DNA of 64,000 nucleotides, taken from positions 88,591 through 152,590 of the forward strand of contig CAVRRJ010000004.1 in the NCBI GenBank assembly GCA_963723585.1. The letters are read 5' to 3'. The number at the start of each line of letters is the position of its first letter. Position 1 is the stretch's first letter. Origin of the DNA: an uncultured Solirubrobacterales bacterium. Its GTDB lineage: Bacteria; Actinomycetota; Thermoleophilia; Solirubrobacterales; Solirubrobacteraceae. The notes beneath the pieces were generated by a model. The model worked only from the letters and a program-made list of their open reading frames with translations. It searched no databases and was not told the DNA's origin. Made by a program: the position numbers and the translations under genes. Shown in pieces: positions 1-10,077 of the stretch.

Positions 1-2
1 AA

Positions 3-1106
3 CAGGACAAGTGCCTTGGCGATCACATACACGTCGAGGCGCACGCCGACATCGAACTCGCGCTCCACGAGGCCGCGCTCCTTGACCACCTCCCGGCTCG
101 CCGAGGTAACGCCGAGCCAGATCGACCCCGTCATGAGCAGGAAGACGACCTCGATCGCGTCGACCGGCGACGCGCCCGCGGAGTTCAGACTGCCCGGGTG
201 GAAGACGACCGCGATCAACAACCCGATGAGCGGGGCCTGAATGAGGAGCAACGCGAGCGTTCGGCGGTCCCGCGTGAGGATGCGCAGATAGCGGCTGGTC
301 AGGATGCGGAGCTCCAGCGCGAAGGACCGGGTCTGCACCAGCGCCGAGTGCGCCTCAGCGCCGACATCAGAGACGTCCAGTCTCGTGACCGGGTCCTCCG
401 ACGCCACCGGGTCCTCGGACGTGCGCCGGACGGCGTTGGCCACCGCCCCGAGATGGGTCCGAGCCTCCGATGGCCCACTACGAAATGCCGGCTCCCCGGG
501 TTCGAGCACCACCACCTCGTCGCAGAGGTCAAGGCTCGCGGTGGAATGAGTCGCCACCAGCACCGCCCGACCACGGTCGGCAATCCGCCGGAACAGCTGC
601 ATCAGACGGCGCTCGAGAACCGCGTCGAGTCCACTGGTGGGCTCGTCGAGCAGGAGGACCGGGGGATCTCCGACCAGCTCGAGGCCGCACGCGGCCCGGC
701 GCCGCTCGCCACCGGACAGATTTCGGATCAGCGTCTCCGCCCGGGAGACGAGGTCGAGCTCGTCGAGCACGAGCGCAACTCGATCATCGATCTGCGCACT
801 CTTGTCCAGGCGCAATGAGGCGGCGTAGCGCAACGCCTCGCGCGTGGTCAACCGATCGTGGACGCTCTCGCGCTGGGGCACGTAACCCAGCGCCTGGACC
901 GCCGAGACGGTCGGGACGGAATCCCAGGTAGCTGAACCGGAGCTCGGCTCGGCGATCCCGGCGAGCACGCGCAGAAGCGTGGACTTCCCCGATCCGCTGG
1001 CGCCCATCAGGGCGACGAGCGATCCGGGCGCGACCTCCAGGGAGACGGGCGTCAGGATCACGGTGTCGCCTCGCAGCCGCACCTCGACGTCACGCGCGGC
1101 GAGCAC
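3..1106 (-). CDS. ABC transporter ATPase fused to ABC-2-type permease (3' end beyond window start)
   Basis: Manual translation from GTG at 1106: VLAARDVEVR..., Walker A GASGSGKST; near base 1 the membrane segment LLMTGSIWLGVTSASREVVKERGLVEREFDVG. Not in the ORF track. Confidence 0.85.
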   Translation of the reverse strand, partial: MLAARDVEVRLRGDTVILTPVSLEVAPGSLVALMGASGSGKSTLLRVLAGIAEPSSGSATWDSVPTVSAVQALGYVPQRESVHDRLTTREALRYAASLRLDKSAQIDDRVALVLDELDLVSRAETLIRNLSGGERRRAACGLELVGDPPVLLLDEPTSGLDAVLERRLMQLFRRIADRGRAVLVATHSTASLDLCDEVVVLEPGEPAFRSGPSEARTHLGAVANAVRRTSEDPVASEDPVTRLDVSDVGAEAHSALVQTRSFALELRILTSRYLRILTRDRRTLALLLIQAPLIGLLIAVVFHPGSLNSAGASPVDAIEVVFLLMTGSIWLGVTSASREVVKERGLVEREFDVGVRLDVYVIAKALVL

Positions 1107-1115
1107 AGTGTGAGG

Positions 1116-1424
1116 CTATCGAGACCGGGAGGCGACCCGGCTGACGCTTACCACCACCCGCGTGGGTCGGGCTGGCACCGCCAGCGAGAGGAAGTCCCGG
1201 GCCGGCGCCGGGTGGCGGCAGAACGGACATACGAGCAGATCTGTCAGCCGCCGCGGTTCGCCGCCGGTGGTGACCGGCACATCGCAGTGCGGGCAGGCCA
1301 GAGTCCCATCACAGAGCCGGACGGTGGTGATCGCACGCCGCTCCTGAACCTCGGCTCCGGCGGCGCCGGCGTCGAGACCCATTCCCGCTCCGAACGAGTG
1401 GCCTGGGCCGCGAAGGAAACTCAC
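1116..1424 (-). CDS. Small hypothetical zinc-ribbon protein
   Basis: Two CPxC motifs (CPHC, CPFC) in a 102-aa ORF co-oriented with neighbours. Confidence 0.6.
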   Translation of the reverse strand: MSFLRGPGHSFGAGMGLDAGAAGAEVQERRAITTVRLCDGTLACPHCDVPVTTGGEPRRLTDLLVCPFCRHPAPARDFLSLAVPARPTRVVVSVSRVASRSR

Positions 1425-1623
1425 GCGCTAAAGCTTAGGGTCCCGGGCGCGCGGTGGCAGATGGGGACCCCCGCCGACGCCCACGGAGAGCGACACGCCG
1501 GCTCGGGACGAACATGGGCGGACGGGCTTGTTCGCAAGCTCTAATCGGTGTGCCCCAAAGAAGAGGGTCTGGAGATGGCGCTGCCTGGTCCGCAGCGCCA
1601 TCTCCAGAGGAGCAGCAAACGGG

Positions 1624-1803
1624 TTAGAGGCTGCCCGAAGTCGAGCCGAACAGACTCGAGATACTTCCGCCCAGGACGATTGCTGCGACAACGACAACCA
1701 GCGCGATCACGGCGATCAGGATCCCGTACTCGGCCATCGTCTGTCCCGCTTCACCCCGGAGGTGTGCTTGTAGGTGGCGCAATAGCGCTGAAACGTTCTT
1801 CAT
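1624..1803 (-). CDS. flp: Flp family type IVb pilin (59 aa)
   Basis: Manual translation MKNVSALLRHLQAHLRGEAGQTMAEYGILIAVIALVVVVAAIVLGGSISSLFGSTSGSL*; G/xxxxEY prepilin motif followed by a hydrophobic helix; below the ORF-track size cutoff. Confidence 0.9.
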   Translation of the reverse strand: MKNVSALLRHLQAHLRGEAGQTMAEYGILIAVIALVVVVAAIVLGGSISSLFGSTSGSL

Positions 1804-2186
1804 GCGCGTGTGATCGGCGCGCGCATCCAGGGGGGAGAAGCAGGAGAGACATGGGGGACATATGTACGAGGCCCAGCTGGGAGACGACCGGCACCGACGA
1901 ACGTCCTGCGTCCGTGGCGATCCGCGCCGACGCTCACGGTCTCGGGCCCTTGCGGGTCTGATTATTCGTCACCGAGCGCGATTGCCCAGACTCCGGCGGT
2001 GGCGGTGATCGGCGACTTTCGCGCGCCCGACGTGATCCGCGTCGGCTGTCGCCGTTGCGCACCACCTTCGCCGACGTCCTCGCTGGCGTGGGAGCCCTCA
2101 GGGCGCTGGTGCTCAAAGCGAGCCTTGACTTTGCCCGACAAAGTCCGCTAGGGTTTGTCCTACAAACTTTAGTTGGGAGACAGGCT

Positions 2187-2873
2187 ATGACTACTCACAT
2201 CGGACCGTCATCCGGAACCCCCGAGGAGGGCAGGATGGAACCCCACGAGGCGGCGCGCCTGCTGACACAGACGCAGGCGGACGCTCGGCGCACGCTGGAT
2301 TTCCGGGCGCCGTGGGTGTCGCTGGTGGCGGCGGTGGTGGCGCTGGCCGGCTTCGGGCTCGTGTGGCTAAACGTCCGCAATCAGCACCCCTTCACCGGCC
2401 CAGGCGCCGCGTCGCTGGTGTTCTTCTACGGGCTGATCGCACTCCGGATCGCCACCGTCATCTACGCCTACGCACGAGCGCGGACCGGCATCAGCGGCCA
2501 CTCCGTGAAGGTCCAGCGCGACGAGGCCGTGGTGATGAGCGGGGTCCTGCTTGTCTGCTACCTGGCGCTGATCGGGATTGCGAACAGCGGCTCACACCAC
2601 GGTGCAGGCTTCTACTGGTCGCTTTTCCTGAACGGAACCCTGATCGCGCTCGCCTCCGTCTGGGCCGGGCGCTGCGCGATCCACAAGCGCTGGCACGAAG
2701 TCGCGCTCACCGTTCCGGTAGCGCTGATCGCTGCCCTCGCCGCAATTGCCGGCCCTCGAGGCATGTGGCTCGTCAACGGTGTGGGGCTCTGCGTGCTGCT
2801 GCTGGCGAACGCGGCGATCGGCACGTGGCAGCGGCGCGCGACTCGAACCCACACGGTGCGGACGGGCGCATGA
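2187..2873 (+). CDS. Integral membrane protein (about 6 TM)
   Basis: Several hydrophobic helices; GGGAGA upstream; ATGA overlap with the following regulator. Confidence 0.75.
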   Translation: MTTHIGPSSGTPEEGRMEPHEAARLLTQTQADARRTLDFRAPWVSLVAAVVALAGFGLVWLNVRNQHPFTGPGAASLVFFYGLIALRIATVIYAYARARTGISGHSVKVQRDEAVVMSGVLLVCYLALIGIANSGSHHGAGFYWSLFLNGTLIALASVWAGRCAIHKRWHEVALTVPVALIAALAAIAGPRGMWLVNGVGLCVLLLANAAIGTWQRRATRTHTVRTGA

Positions 2874-3235
2874 CCGCCGAGGCGCTCGACCCGCTGATTC
2901 ACGTCCCGGCGCGACTCCAGATCATGGCGGCGCTGGCCACCCTGCCCGACGGCGACCAGCTGTCGTTCAAACGCCTCCAGGACATGATCGAGCTAACGCC
3001 GGGCAACCTGATCACGCACCTCCGCAAGCTCGAAGAGGCCGGCTACCTCGCAACCAGCAAAACCGGCAGCGGACCCGCCTCCCGCACCTCGGTCGCGCTG
3101 ACCCACGACGGGCGCCACGCCCTCGAGATCTACGCCACGACACTGCGGGGACTGCTGAACGGAGTGTCAGCCGGCCCCGCAGCCTCGGGCTCGCATCTCG
3201 GCACCGTCCAACCGCGCGCAGCCGGGCGAGCCTGA
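2870..3235 (+). CDS. Winged-helix transcriptional regulator (ArsR/MarR-like)
   Basis: LDPLIHVPARLQIM...LTPGNLITHLRKLEEAGY signature. Confidence 0.88.
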   Translation: MTAEALDPLIHVPARLQIMAALATLPDGDQLSFKRLQDMIELTPGNLITHLRKLEEAGYLATSKTGSGPASRTSVALTHDGRHALEIYATTLRGLLNGVSAGPAASGSHLGTVQPRAAGRA

Positions 3236-3354
3236 GCCAACCGAGACGCAGCCCCGAGTCCCGCTTTCGCCTCCCGACGTGCCTTGTCACACCGACGCTA
3301 GTGAACCCGCCATGCGCGGCGAGCAGGTCGGTCGCGGGTTCGATCGCACACCAA

Positions 3355-3459
3355 TACTTCGACCGGCTGCTGACGCGATCGTCGGTCGCTCGCGTGGTCG
3401 AGGAAGCCCGCCCCTACCGCGAGCTGTTCCCGCTGCCCTGGCCCGAACACGTGAGCTGA
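3355..3459 (+). pseudogene. C-terminal fragment of a glutathione S-transferase-like gene
   Basis: YFDRLLTRSSVARVVEEARPYRELFPLPWP* resembles GST C-termini; no N-terminal domain upstream. Confidence 0.55.
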
Positions 3460-3840
3460 GCGCCAGCGCGTAGGAGGTCAGGGCCACCGTCGTGGCAGCG
3501 TGGCCACGCAGCACAGCCGCGGCCCTGCTTTCGGTCGACGCCGCGCATCTGACCGCGACGCCCCTGCTTGTCCAGCCCTCCTTTGCCGACTGCACAGGCA
3601 TTGTTCAGACCAAGCGGTCGCTGCCGGATCGTGCGGAGAGCAGCAGCCTCGCCGAGAGTGCCGCCTCGGCGACTTTGCGGAAGCCTCGCCGCAGCCACGA
3701 GAGTGCCGAGATCGTCCAAGGGGCACTGCAGCGACGTGCTTGGGCGAGTCCACGGTGGCGCTCTCCGGAACCGGACCCGCAACTTCCGACCCGTGCGCGC
3801 GTTGGCAGGATGTGGGACCGTCACGATCGGAGGGGAGAAC

Positions 3841-5070
3841 ATGAAGCGGTGCGTGATCGGTGCGTTGTCCGGGGTCGTGATCGCATGCGCGTTCAGCTCT
3901 GCGGCGATGGCGGATTCGGGTCTGACGCTGTCGGCGTCGTTTGACCAGAGCACAGCCACGATCGGCAGCACGGACCCGTTGACGTTCACGATCACCGTGC
4001 CTTCCGGGGGCACCGGCGTGGCTGATCTCGGGTTGTCGGCCTCATTTCCCGCAGGTCTGAACGTCGCTGCCGGGACGAGCTCAGCGTGCGGCGGCACTGT
4101 GACCACGACGCCCGCACCCCCGCCCCCCGTACCCGTGCCTGGAGACAGCACCATGCCTGAGATTCAGCTCGCCGGGGCATCCGTTGGCGCAGGAGGGACC
4201 TGTAGCTTCTCCGTGCCCGTGCTCGTCCAGAGCGCCGGGACGCTGATCGTGAACGCCGAACCGCCGACGACCGGGGCGTACACAGAGGTGGGCAACGGGA
4301 CGAACGCGTCGGTGACGGTGCCGGCGACCGCCTCGCCGGCGACCGTCACTAGCTCCTTCTCGCCCGCCACGATCGACGCGAACGGCACGACGGCCTGGAC
4401 GGTGTCGATCACCAACCCGAACACGTCCACCACCCTGACCGATGTACGGTTCTACACGTCGCTCATCCTCACCCCCAGCTACGTCTTCCTGTGGCCGGAG
4501 GCGATCACGGGCGACAACTGCGCAGGAAACGGCAACATTGCCCCCGGCCATATCACCGAGCTCATCCCGAACGTCAACTACGGTGGCGGGACGCTGGCGC
4601 CGGGCGCGACGTGCACGATCACGGTCACCATGACCCCCGGCGACACCGCGTTCGACGATCTCCCGGTTCCGGTTACGGTCATGTCGAACGAGGGCGGGGC
4701 CAGCGCGGTCTCCACTGCAACGTTCACCTCGCTCGCACCGCCAACGCCTGTCCCCTCCCCGGTGCCGCCGTCTAACGCGTTCACCCACGGCAAGCCGAAG
4801 GTGGCAGCAAACGGCGTTATCACCGAGGTGCTGCGACTCCCCGGCAAGGGCACAGTCGGACTCCGCGAGAGCTGGCACGGCAAGCTCATCGCCCACATCC
4901 AGAAATCCGTCATGACGGGCAAGAAGCTGACGATCAAGCTCGTGCCGAGCGGAGCGATCCGCCGCTCCCTTAAGTCTCACCACGGCACGAAACTGAAGCT
5001 ATCGATGGTCTATACGCCGGCCGGCGGCACGCCCCGCAGCGTCACGCTCACCGCGCGCACCCCGCGTTGA
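3841..5070 (+). CDS. Secreted Thr/Gly-rich protein with two DUF11-like beta-sandwich repeats and a basic C-terminal domain
   Basis: RBS AGGGGAG, signal peptide ending AMA-D, repeated xAxGxTCx motifs, Pro-rich linker. Confidence 0.75.
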   Translation: MKRCVIGALSGVVIACAFSSAAMADSGLTLSASFDQSTATIGSTDPLTFTITVPSGGTGVADLGLSASFPAGLNVAAGTSSACGGTVTTTPAPPPPVPVPGDSTMPEIQLAGASVGAGGTCSFSVPVLVQSAGTLIVNAEPPTTGAYTEVGNGTNASVTVPATASPATVTSSFSPATIDANGTTAWTVSITNPNTSTTLTDVRFYTSLILTPSYVFLWPEAITGDNCAGNGNIAPGHITELIPNVNYGGGTLAPGATCTITVTMTPGDTAFDDLPVPVTVMSNEGGASAVSTATFTSLAPPTPVPSPVPPSNAFTHGKPKVAANGVITEVLRLPGKGTVGLRESWHGKLIAHIQKSVMTGKKLTIKLVPSGAIRRSLKSHHGTKLKLSMVYTPAGGTPRSVTLTARTPR

Positions 5071-5376
5071 CCCACCGCACACCGCGCCACGGCCTCGCCG
5101 CGGACGATCGCGTGCATCGGCGCAACATCGTGGACTAGAGGATCGTGTCGGCGACCCTTCCTCACTTCCGTCGCTCGCGATAAACGCTTCACCCGGGGAA
5201 CGCTCCCGCTGGATGGTGCCGGCGCGCTCGACGTTCAGCGTGTCCCTTCGGACGATCATGAAGTCATCGTGCTCGCGCCTGCTCGGTCGGCTGAGCGGCC
5301 ACCCGCTTTGAGCAGATCGGGCCGCCCGAGTCGCGTCTCGCTCACTTCCGCAATCATGTCTGAAGGGTCCGAGAGG

Positions 5377-5550
5377 ATGACCGATGAGTTTCTGACCGTG
5401 TTTGAGGTTGCAAAGCAGCTGAAGGTCAACCAACAAACAGTGCACAACTGGATCGATCGCGGTGAACTCATCGGCGTTCGCCTGAGTTCGCGCTGAGTGC
5501 GGGTGCTCCGCAGCGAATTGGACCGTTTCATTCGCGATAGCTCGACGGCA
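5377..5550 (+). pseudogene. Excisionase-family helix-turn-helix gene interrupted by in-frame TGA (5494-5496)
   Basis: MTDEFLTVFEVAKQLKVNQQTVHNWIDRGELIGVRLSSR*VRVLRSELDRFI; 3' end approximate. Confidence 0.8.
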
Positions 5551-5853
5551 AACGTTCCCGCCGCGAGTCTCATCGGGTTCATCGGACATACTTTGAGCTT
5601 ATCTGAGACCATCGTGGGTTCCGTCTGGCGGGCCAACTCACACTGGATGGTGCAGTTCTGGCTGCGGGCTTCTCGACAGCCGTCGTCACTCGTCAGTCGT
5701 CCGTCGCTTGGCCGCGATCACCGCGTAGCTCGCTGCGAACTTCCTCGAGTGGTCGGCTCGCCGCAGCGTGGTGCTGTGACTGCTGGTTGAGGTCTTGTCT
5801 GAGCGCTTCGGCGCGCTCGGAGCCTAGAACGGCCGTTTTGCGGGAGTTTACAG

Positions 5854-5926
<73 letters not shown>

Positions 5927-6013
5927 GTTCGCGCAGCGTAGCGGCTCGGCCGCCCTGGCGGCCCTCGGTCTCCGCCCGGGTCGGGGCCTCCGCCGGCGCC
6001 CGGATGGCGGAGG

Positions 6014-7313
6014 TCAGCCGCCGTAGGCGGCGTGGAGCAGAGCGGCCATGGCCGGAGCGCTGGACGGGCCGATCGGAGCGCCGCTCGAGTCGGCGAACCC
6101 GATCTCGAGGTGTGGTCCGGTCGAGATGCCGACGTCCCCGTAACCGACCTCGGAGATGACCTGGCCCCGGCTCACATGGGCGCCGACGGGGGTCCAGTTC
6201 CCGGGCCCGGCATGCCCGTAGTAGACGTAGTCATAGCCCGACAGGGAGCTGTCGCAGTGGATCACTGGAGCAGATGGGCCGAAGCCCCCGATTCCGTGCT
6301 GGACGATCGTTCCGGAGCAGACGGCATATTCGGCGGTGCCGCCCGGCGCCGAGATGTCAACCCCGTCGTCGAGTGACCAGGTGCTCGGGGGCGAGGCCGC
6401 GCTGGTGGGAAGCGGGAAGGTGAAGCCGCCACCACTCGACGGCGCGGGAGCGGGCGCGCTCCCTGCCGAGCCGCCCGATGACCCGGAGCTCGCGGCCGGG
6501 GCGGAGGAATGTACCGCAGCGGCCCGCGCCGCGCGGGCCGCCGCAGCTACCTGGGCCGCCTCGAGGTGAACGAGCTCCGCGTGCAGACCGGCGACGGACT
6601 GGCGCGCCAAGGCGAGCCTACCGGCCCTTCCGTTACGGACCCGCGTAGCCGATAGCTCCTCGGAGACGAGCGTCAGGCGCGTGCGGTCCACGCTGTTGCG
6701 CTCGTAGAGCACCGCGGTGGTGAGCTGCTGCTGGCGCTCTGAAAACGCCCCCAGGCGAGTTGCCTGGGCCGCCACCGCGCGACGGGCGGCCTTCACCTGA
6801 CCGACGATCCGGGTGTCCTGGTTGCCCACCCTTTCAGCGAAGGCCAGCTGCTCGAGCAGGTTCCTGAACCCGGTGGCCTCGAGCACGACGCTGACCAGGT
6901 CTGGGCGGTCGGCCTCGTAGCTACCGATTAGCTGCTGGGAGAGCACCGCCTCGGTCGTGAGTCTGGGCGGCCTCTAGGCGGACGAGCCGCGCCCGGGCGG
7001 TGCTCAGCTGAGCTTGCAGCCTCAGGAGCTGAGCCCGCTTGACGTTCAAATCGGCCTGGAGCCGATCGACCTGCCGCTGGAGCGAGGAGACGCTCTGGCC
7101 AAGGCGCGCGACGTTGCGGCTCGCTGCGCCGACCCCTCCGGCCAACGCTGAGACGCGGCCCTGACCAGCGGCGATCCGCTGCCGCAGTTTCCCGGTGGTG
7201 GCCGCCCTGGCCCGCGGCGGCCCGGCCGCGAGCGGCACCGCGACGAGCAGGGCCACCAAGCCGAGCAGGAGTAGGGCGGCCGCACGGTTCAGTGGCGTCT
7301 TGGCGAGGAGCAT
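6014..7313 (-). CDS. Secreted coiled-coil plus M23-family peptidoglycan peptidase (frameshift near 6950)
   Basis: Signal peptide and coiled coil in one frame; DxGVD, YYGH, STGPHL M23 motifs in the next frame. Confidence 0.8.
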
Positions 7314-7476
7314 CGGTGATCTGCTCGAACCGTGTGCGCCGGGCAGCCGCGAGGCGCGGGCCGCGCAGCCGCGGGGCTCGGACCGCGGTGACGCTAACAG
7401 TGGGGCCGGTTTCGGGGGACGTAGCCGGAGCATCTGCAAGGAAACCTGCAAGAGAAGGGAAATGGTCCTCCTCTGC

Positions 7477-8316
7477 TCATGGGCGCGAGATCGATACCAC
7501 CGTGAGGTCGCGCGGGGCCCCCTCGGCGCGCAGGCGCTTGGCCCGGCCGGCCTGCAGGTCGCCGAGCTCGAGGCGGGCGAGGAGCGGGTCGGAGACCAGG
7601 ACCTGGTCGGCCTTGGCCGCCGCGCCAACCCGGGCGGCGACGTTCACGTCGACCCCGAGATAGTCCCCGCCGAGCTTGCGCGGAGAGCCCCAGTGGATCC
7701 CCGCGCGCATCCGCGGAGTATGACCATCGAGGTCGATACCGGCGATCGCGTCCTGGGCGTCGAGGGCAGCGTCCACGGCCGGCCGGGGGGCCAGGAAGGT
7801 GGCCATGATCCCGTCGCCCAGGCGTTTGACGATCCGCCCGTCTCGCCCGGCCACCGCCGCCTCGAGCGCCGTGCCGACCCGGCGCAGGAGCTCCAGCGTG
7901 GCCGCGTCGCCGGCCCGCAGAGCCCAGCTCGAGAACCCGACCAGGTCGGTGAACAGGATGGCCAGCTCCTGATCCCCGCGTCCGCGTCCAGTGGCCTCCG
8001 ACAGCGACTGCCAGACCTGGAGACCGGCCAGGCCGAGCTCCTGGCTCACGCTGCGGCGGTCGGGCTGCAGGGCGGATACCCCGCGGGCCACGATCTCGGC
8101 CGGGTGGGTTCCGGCGGTCGACAGCGCGTCGCCGAAGCGCTCATCGCCGGGAAGGCTGCGCCGCAGCCGCTCGGCCGCGGTCAGCAGCCTGGGCTGGGTG
8201 TCGACCCCGACCGCGAAGCGCCGCAGCCGGCGTCGGCGGCCGTCCCGCTGATCTGATTCGGGCGGCGGATCAGGGCGATCGAGTTCGCCGGGGGGCTCGG
8301 GTTCGCCGGCTGTCAT
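7477..8316 (-). CDS. Class III adenylate/guanylate cyclase domain protein
   Basis: ILFTDLVGFS, VKRLGDG, DYLGVDVNVAARV motifs. Confidence 0.9.
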   Translation of the reverse strand: MTAGEPEPPGELDRPDPPPESDQRDGRRRRLRRFAVGVDTQPRLLTAAERLRRSLPGDERFGDALSTAGTHPAEIVARGVSALQPDRRSVSQELGLAGLQVWQSLSEATGRGRGDQELAILFTDLVGFSSWALRAGDAATLELLRRVGTALEAAVAGRDGRIVKRLGDGIMATFLAPRPAVDAALDAQDAIAGIDLDGHTPRMRAGIHWGSPRKLGGDYLGVDVNVAARVGAAAKADQVLVSDPLLARLELGDLQAGRAKRLRAEGAPRDLTVVSISRP

Positions 8317-8331
8317 GAGTGGGGTCACGGG

Positions 8332-8871
8332 TCATTCCAGACCCGGAATGGCGGGACCAGGATTCGAACCTGGGAAGGCAGAGCCAACGGGTTTACAGCC
8401 CGTCCCTTTTGACCGCTCAGGAATCCCGCCGAGCGCCGCCGAGTCTAGCGAGGCGACCCAGGCCGGCAGCGGTTGCCCGGGGTCGATTTCGTACTCCGCG
8501 TACTTGGGACCGCCGACGTCCAGGCGGGTCCCTCCGTCGACCGCAGCGGCAGGTATGAACCAGCGCCGGCCGTCGCCGACGAGGACGAACAGCTGGTCAT
8601 ATCGGGTCGGGTCCAGCCGCTTGACCACCCCGCTCCAGCTGCGGTTGCCCCCGCGCGTGCAGACAGCGACCGACCATCTGCCTTTGATGAACTGCGTCGT
8701 CGTCTTGACCTGGACGCGAACCAGTCCGTCGCCAAAGTCGGTGACCAGGTCGACGTCCGGGCTGTGCCCGATGGGCAGGAAGACCGGCCAGCCGAGCGCC
8801 ATCAGCCAGACGATGGCCGACCGTTCGCCCAGGTCCCCCTGCCCCCTTGGATCCCGCTTGAAAGTGGTCAT
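8332..8871 (-). CDS. Group I intron-type PD-(D/E)XK endonuclease (I-Ssp6803I-like), overlapping tRNA-Tyr
   Basis: GDLGE...VFLP...PDVDLV...RVQVKT motifs; -10 TACGGT 6 nt before the ATG. Confidence 0.85.
   Translation of the reverse strand: MTTFKRDPRGQGDLGERSAIVWLMALGWPVFLPIGHSPDVDLVTDFGDGLVRVQVKTTTQFIKGRWSVAVCTRGGNRSWSGVVKRLDPTRYDQLFVLVGDGRRWFIPAAAVDGGTRLDVGGPKYAEYEIDPGQPLPAWVASLDSAALGGIPERSKGTGCKPVGSAFPGSNPGPAIPGLE
8349..8430 (-). tRNA. tRNA-Tyr(GTA)
   Basis: GGCGGGATTCCTGAGCGGTCAAAAGGGACGGGCTGTAAACCCGTTGGCTCTGCCTTCCCAGGTTCGAATCCTGGTCCCGCCA; long variable arm; no intron. Confidence 0.97.
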
Positions 8872-8931
8872 GGGCCGACCGTAGAGAGCGGCCCGGCGTT
8901 CGTTACAAAGCGTTCGCCCCGGGCTGCGCGA

Positions 8932-10077
8932 CTACGAAGCGTCGCGCAGGCGCTGGGCTTCGGGCAGCGCCTCGAGCTTCTTCAGCGTGTGGTTCTCGAT
9001 CTGGCGGATCCGCTCACGGGTGACGTTGAAGGCGCGGCCGACCTCCTCGAGCGTGTAGGGCCGCTCGCCAGTCAGGCCGAAGCGCATCTGGATCACCTCG
9101 CGCTCGCGCTCGGGGAGCGCCGCCAGGGCGCGCAGGAGATTCTCCCGGCGCAGGTGCTCGGAAGCCAGCTCGAAGGGCGACTCGGCGCTCTGGTCCTCGA
9201 CGAAGTCCCCCAGCGCGGAGTCGTCCTCCTCACCGACCGGCTTCTCTAAAGAAATGGGCTGCTGGGCCATGCGCAGGATGTCGCGGACCTCGCGCACCGT
9301 GGTCTCGAGCTCGGCGGCGATCTCCTGCGGCGTCGGCTCGCGTCCCAGCTGCTGGACGAGCTGGCGCTCGACGTGGACGACCTTGTTCAGCTTCTCGACC
9401 ATGTGGACGGGAATGCGGATCGTGCGGCCCTTGTCGGCGATCGCGCGCGTAACCGCCTGGCGGATCCACCAGGTGGCGTAGGTGGAGAACTTGTAGCCGC
9501 GGCGATAGTCGAATTTCTCCACCGCCCGGATGAGCCCCATCGAGCCCTCCTGGATCAGGTCCAAAAACGTGAGGCCGCGGCCCAGGTAGGACTTGGCGAT
9601 CGAGACGACGAGGCGCAGGTTGGCCTCGATCATCTGCTGCTTGGCCAGCATGTCGCCGCGCTCAATGCGCCGGGCCAGGAGGACCTCCTGCTCGGCGGTG
9701 AGCAGGTTCACGCGCCCGATGGAGCGCAGGTAGAGGCGCAGCGAATCGAGACTCGGCTCCACGGTCAGATCGAGTTCCACCTTCTTGCGTTGCTCCGGGT
9801 CGGGAGCCGCCGCCCGCTGAGCCCCGGCCTCCACACTGCCGGCCTCGGAGCGTGACGGACGACCGTCGGACTCGACGACGTCGATCCCGTGCTCGTCGAG
9901 ATAGGCGTGCAACTCCTGCACCTGCTCCTTGGTGACCTCGGCCTCCTCCAGACAACCCTCGATCTGGGTAAAGGTGAGGAAGCCTCGCTCCTGCCCTTCG
10001 GCGATCAGTCCGCGCAGTTCGTCCGTCTCGGCGATCGGCGCGTCATCGCTCAACAGAACGATCTCATCAACGCTCAC
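8932..10077 (-). CDS. RpoD/SigA-family sigma-70 factor
   Basis: Region 1.1-like N-terminus, [37 protein letters not shown]...TRERIRQIE. Confidence 0.93.
   Translation of the reverse strand: MSVDEIVLLSDDAPIAETDELRGLIAEGQERGFLTFTQIEGCLEEAEVTKEQVQELHAYLDEHGIDVVESDGRPSRSEAGSVEAGAQRAAAPDPEQRKKVELDLTVEPSLDSLRLYLRSIGRVNLLTAEQEVLLARRIERGDMLAKQQMIEANLRLVVSIAKSYLGRGLTFLDLIQEGSMGLIRAVEKFDYRRGYKFSTYATWWIRQAVTRAIADKGRTIRIPVHMVEKLNKVVHVERQLVQQLGREPTPQEIAAELETTVREVRDILRMAQQPISLEKPVGEEDDSALGDFVEDQSAESPFELASEHLRRENLLRALAALPEREREVIQMRFGLTGERPYTLEEVGRAFNVTRERIRQIENHTLKKLEALPEAQRLRDAS

Noticed and set aside
5494-5496. Selenocysteine or recoded TGA in the excisionase
   Set aside because: The position is normally Arg, not Cys, and TGA is a regular stop throughout the window
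7434-7452. CTGCAAG direct repeat upstream of the M23 gene as a response-regulator box
   Set aside because: Only two 7-mers at 12-bp spacing; insufficient without conservation data
8349-8430. Group I intron in tRNA-Tyr
   Set aside because: The tRNA is contiguous with an intact anticodon loop; the nuclease ORF starts upstream of it
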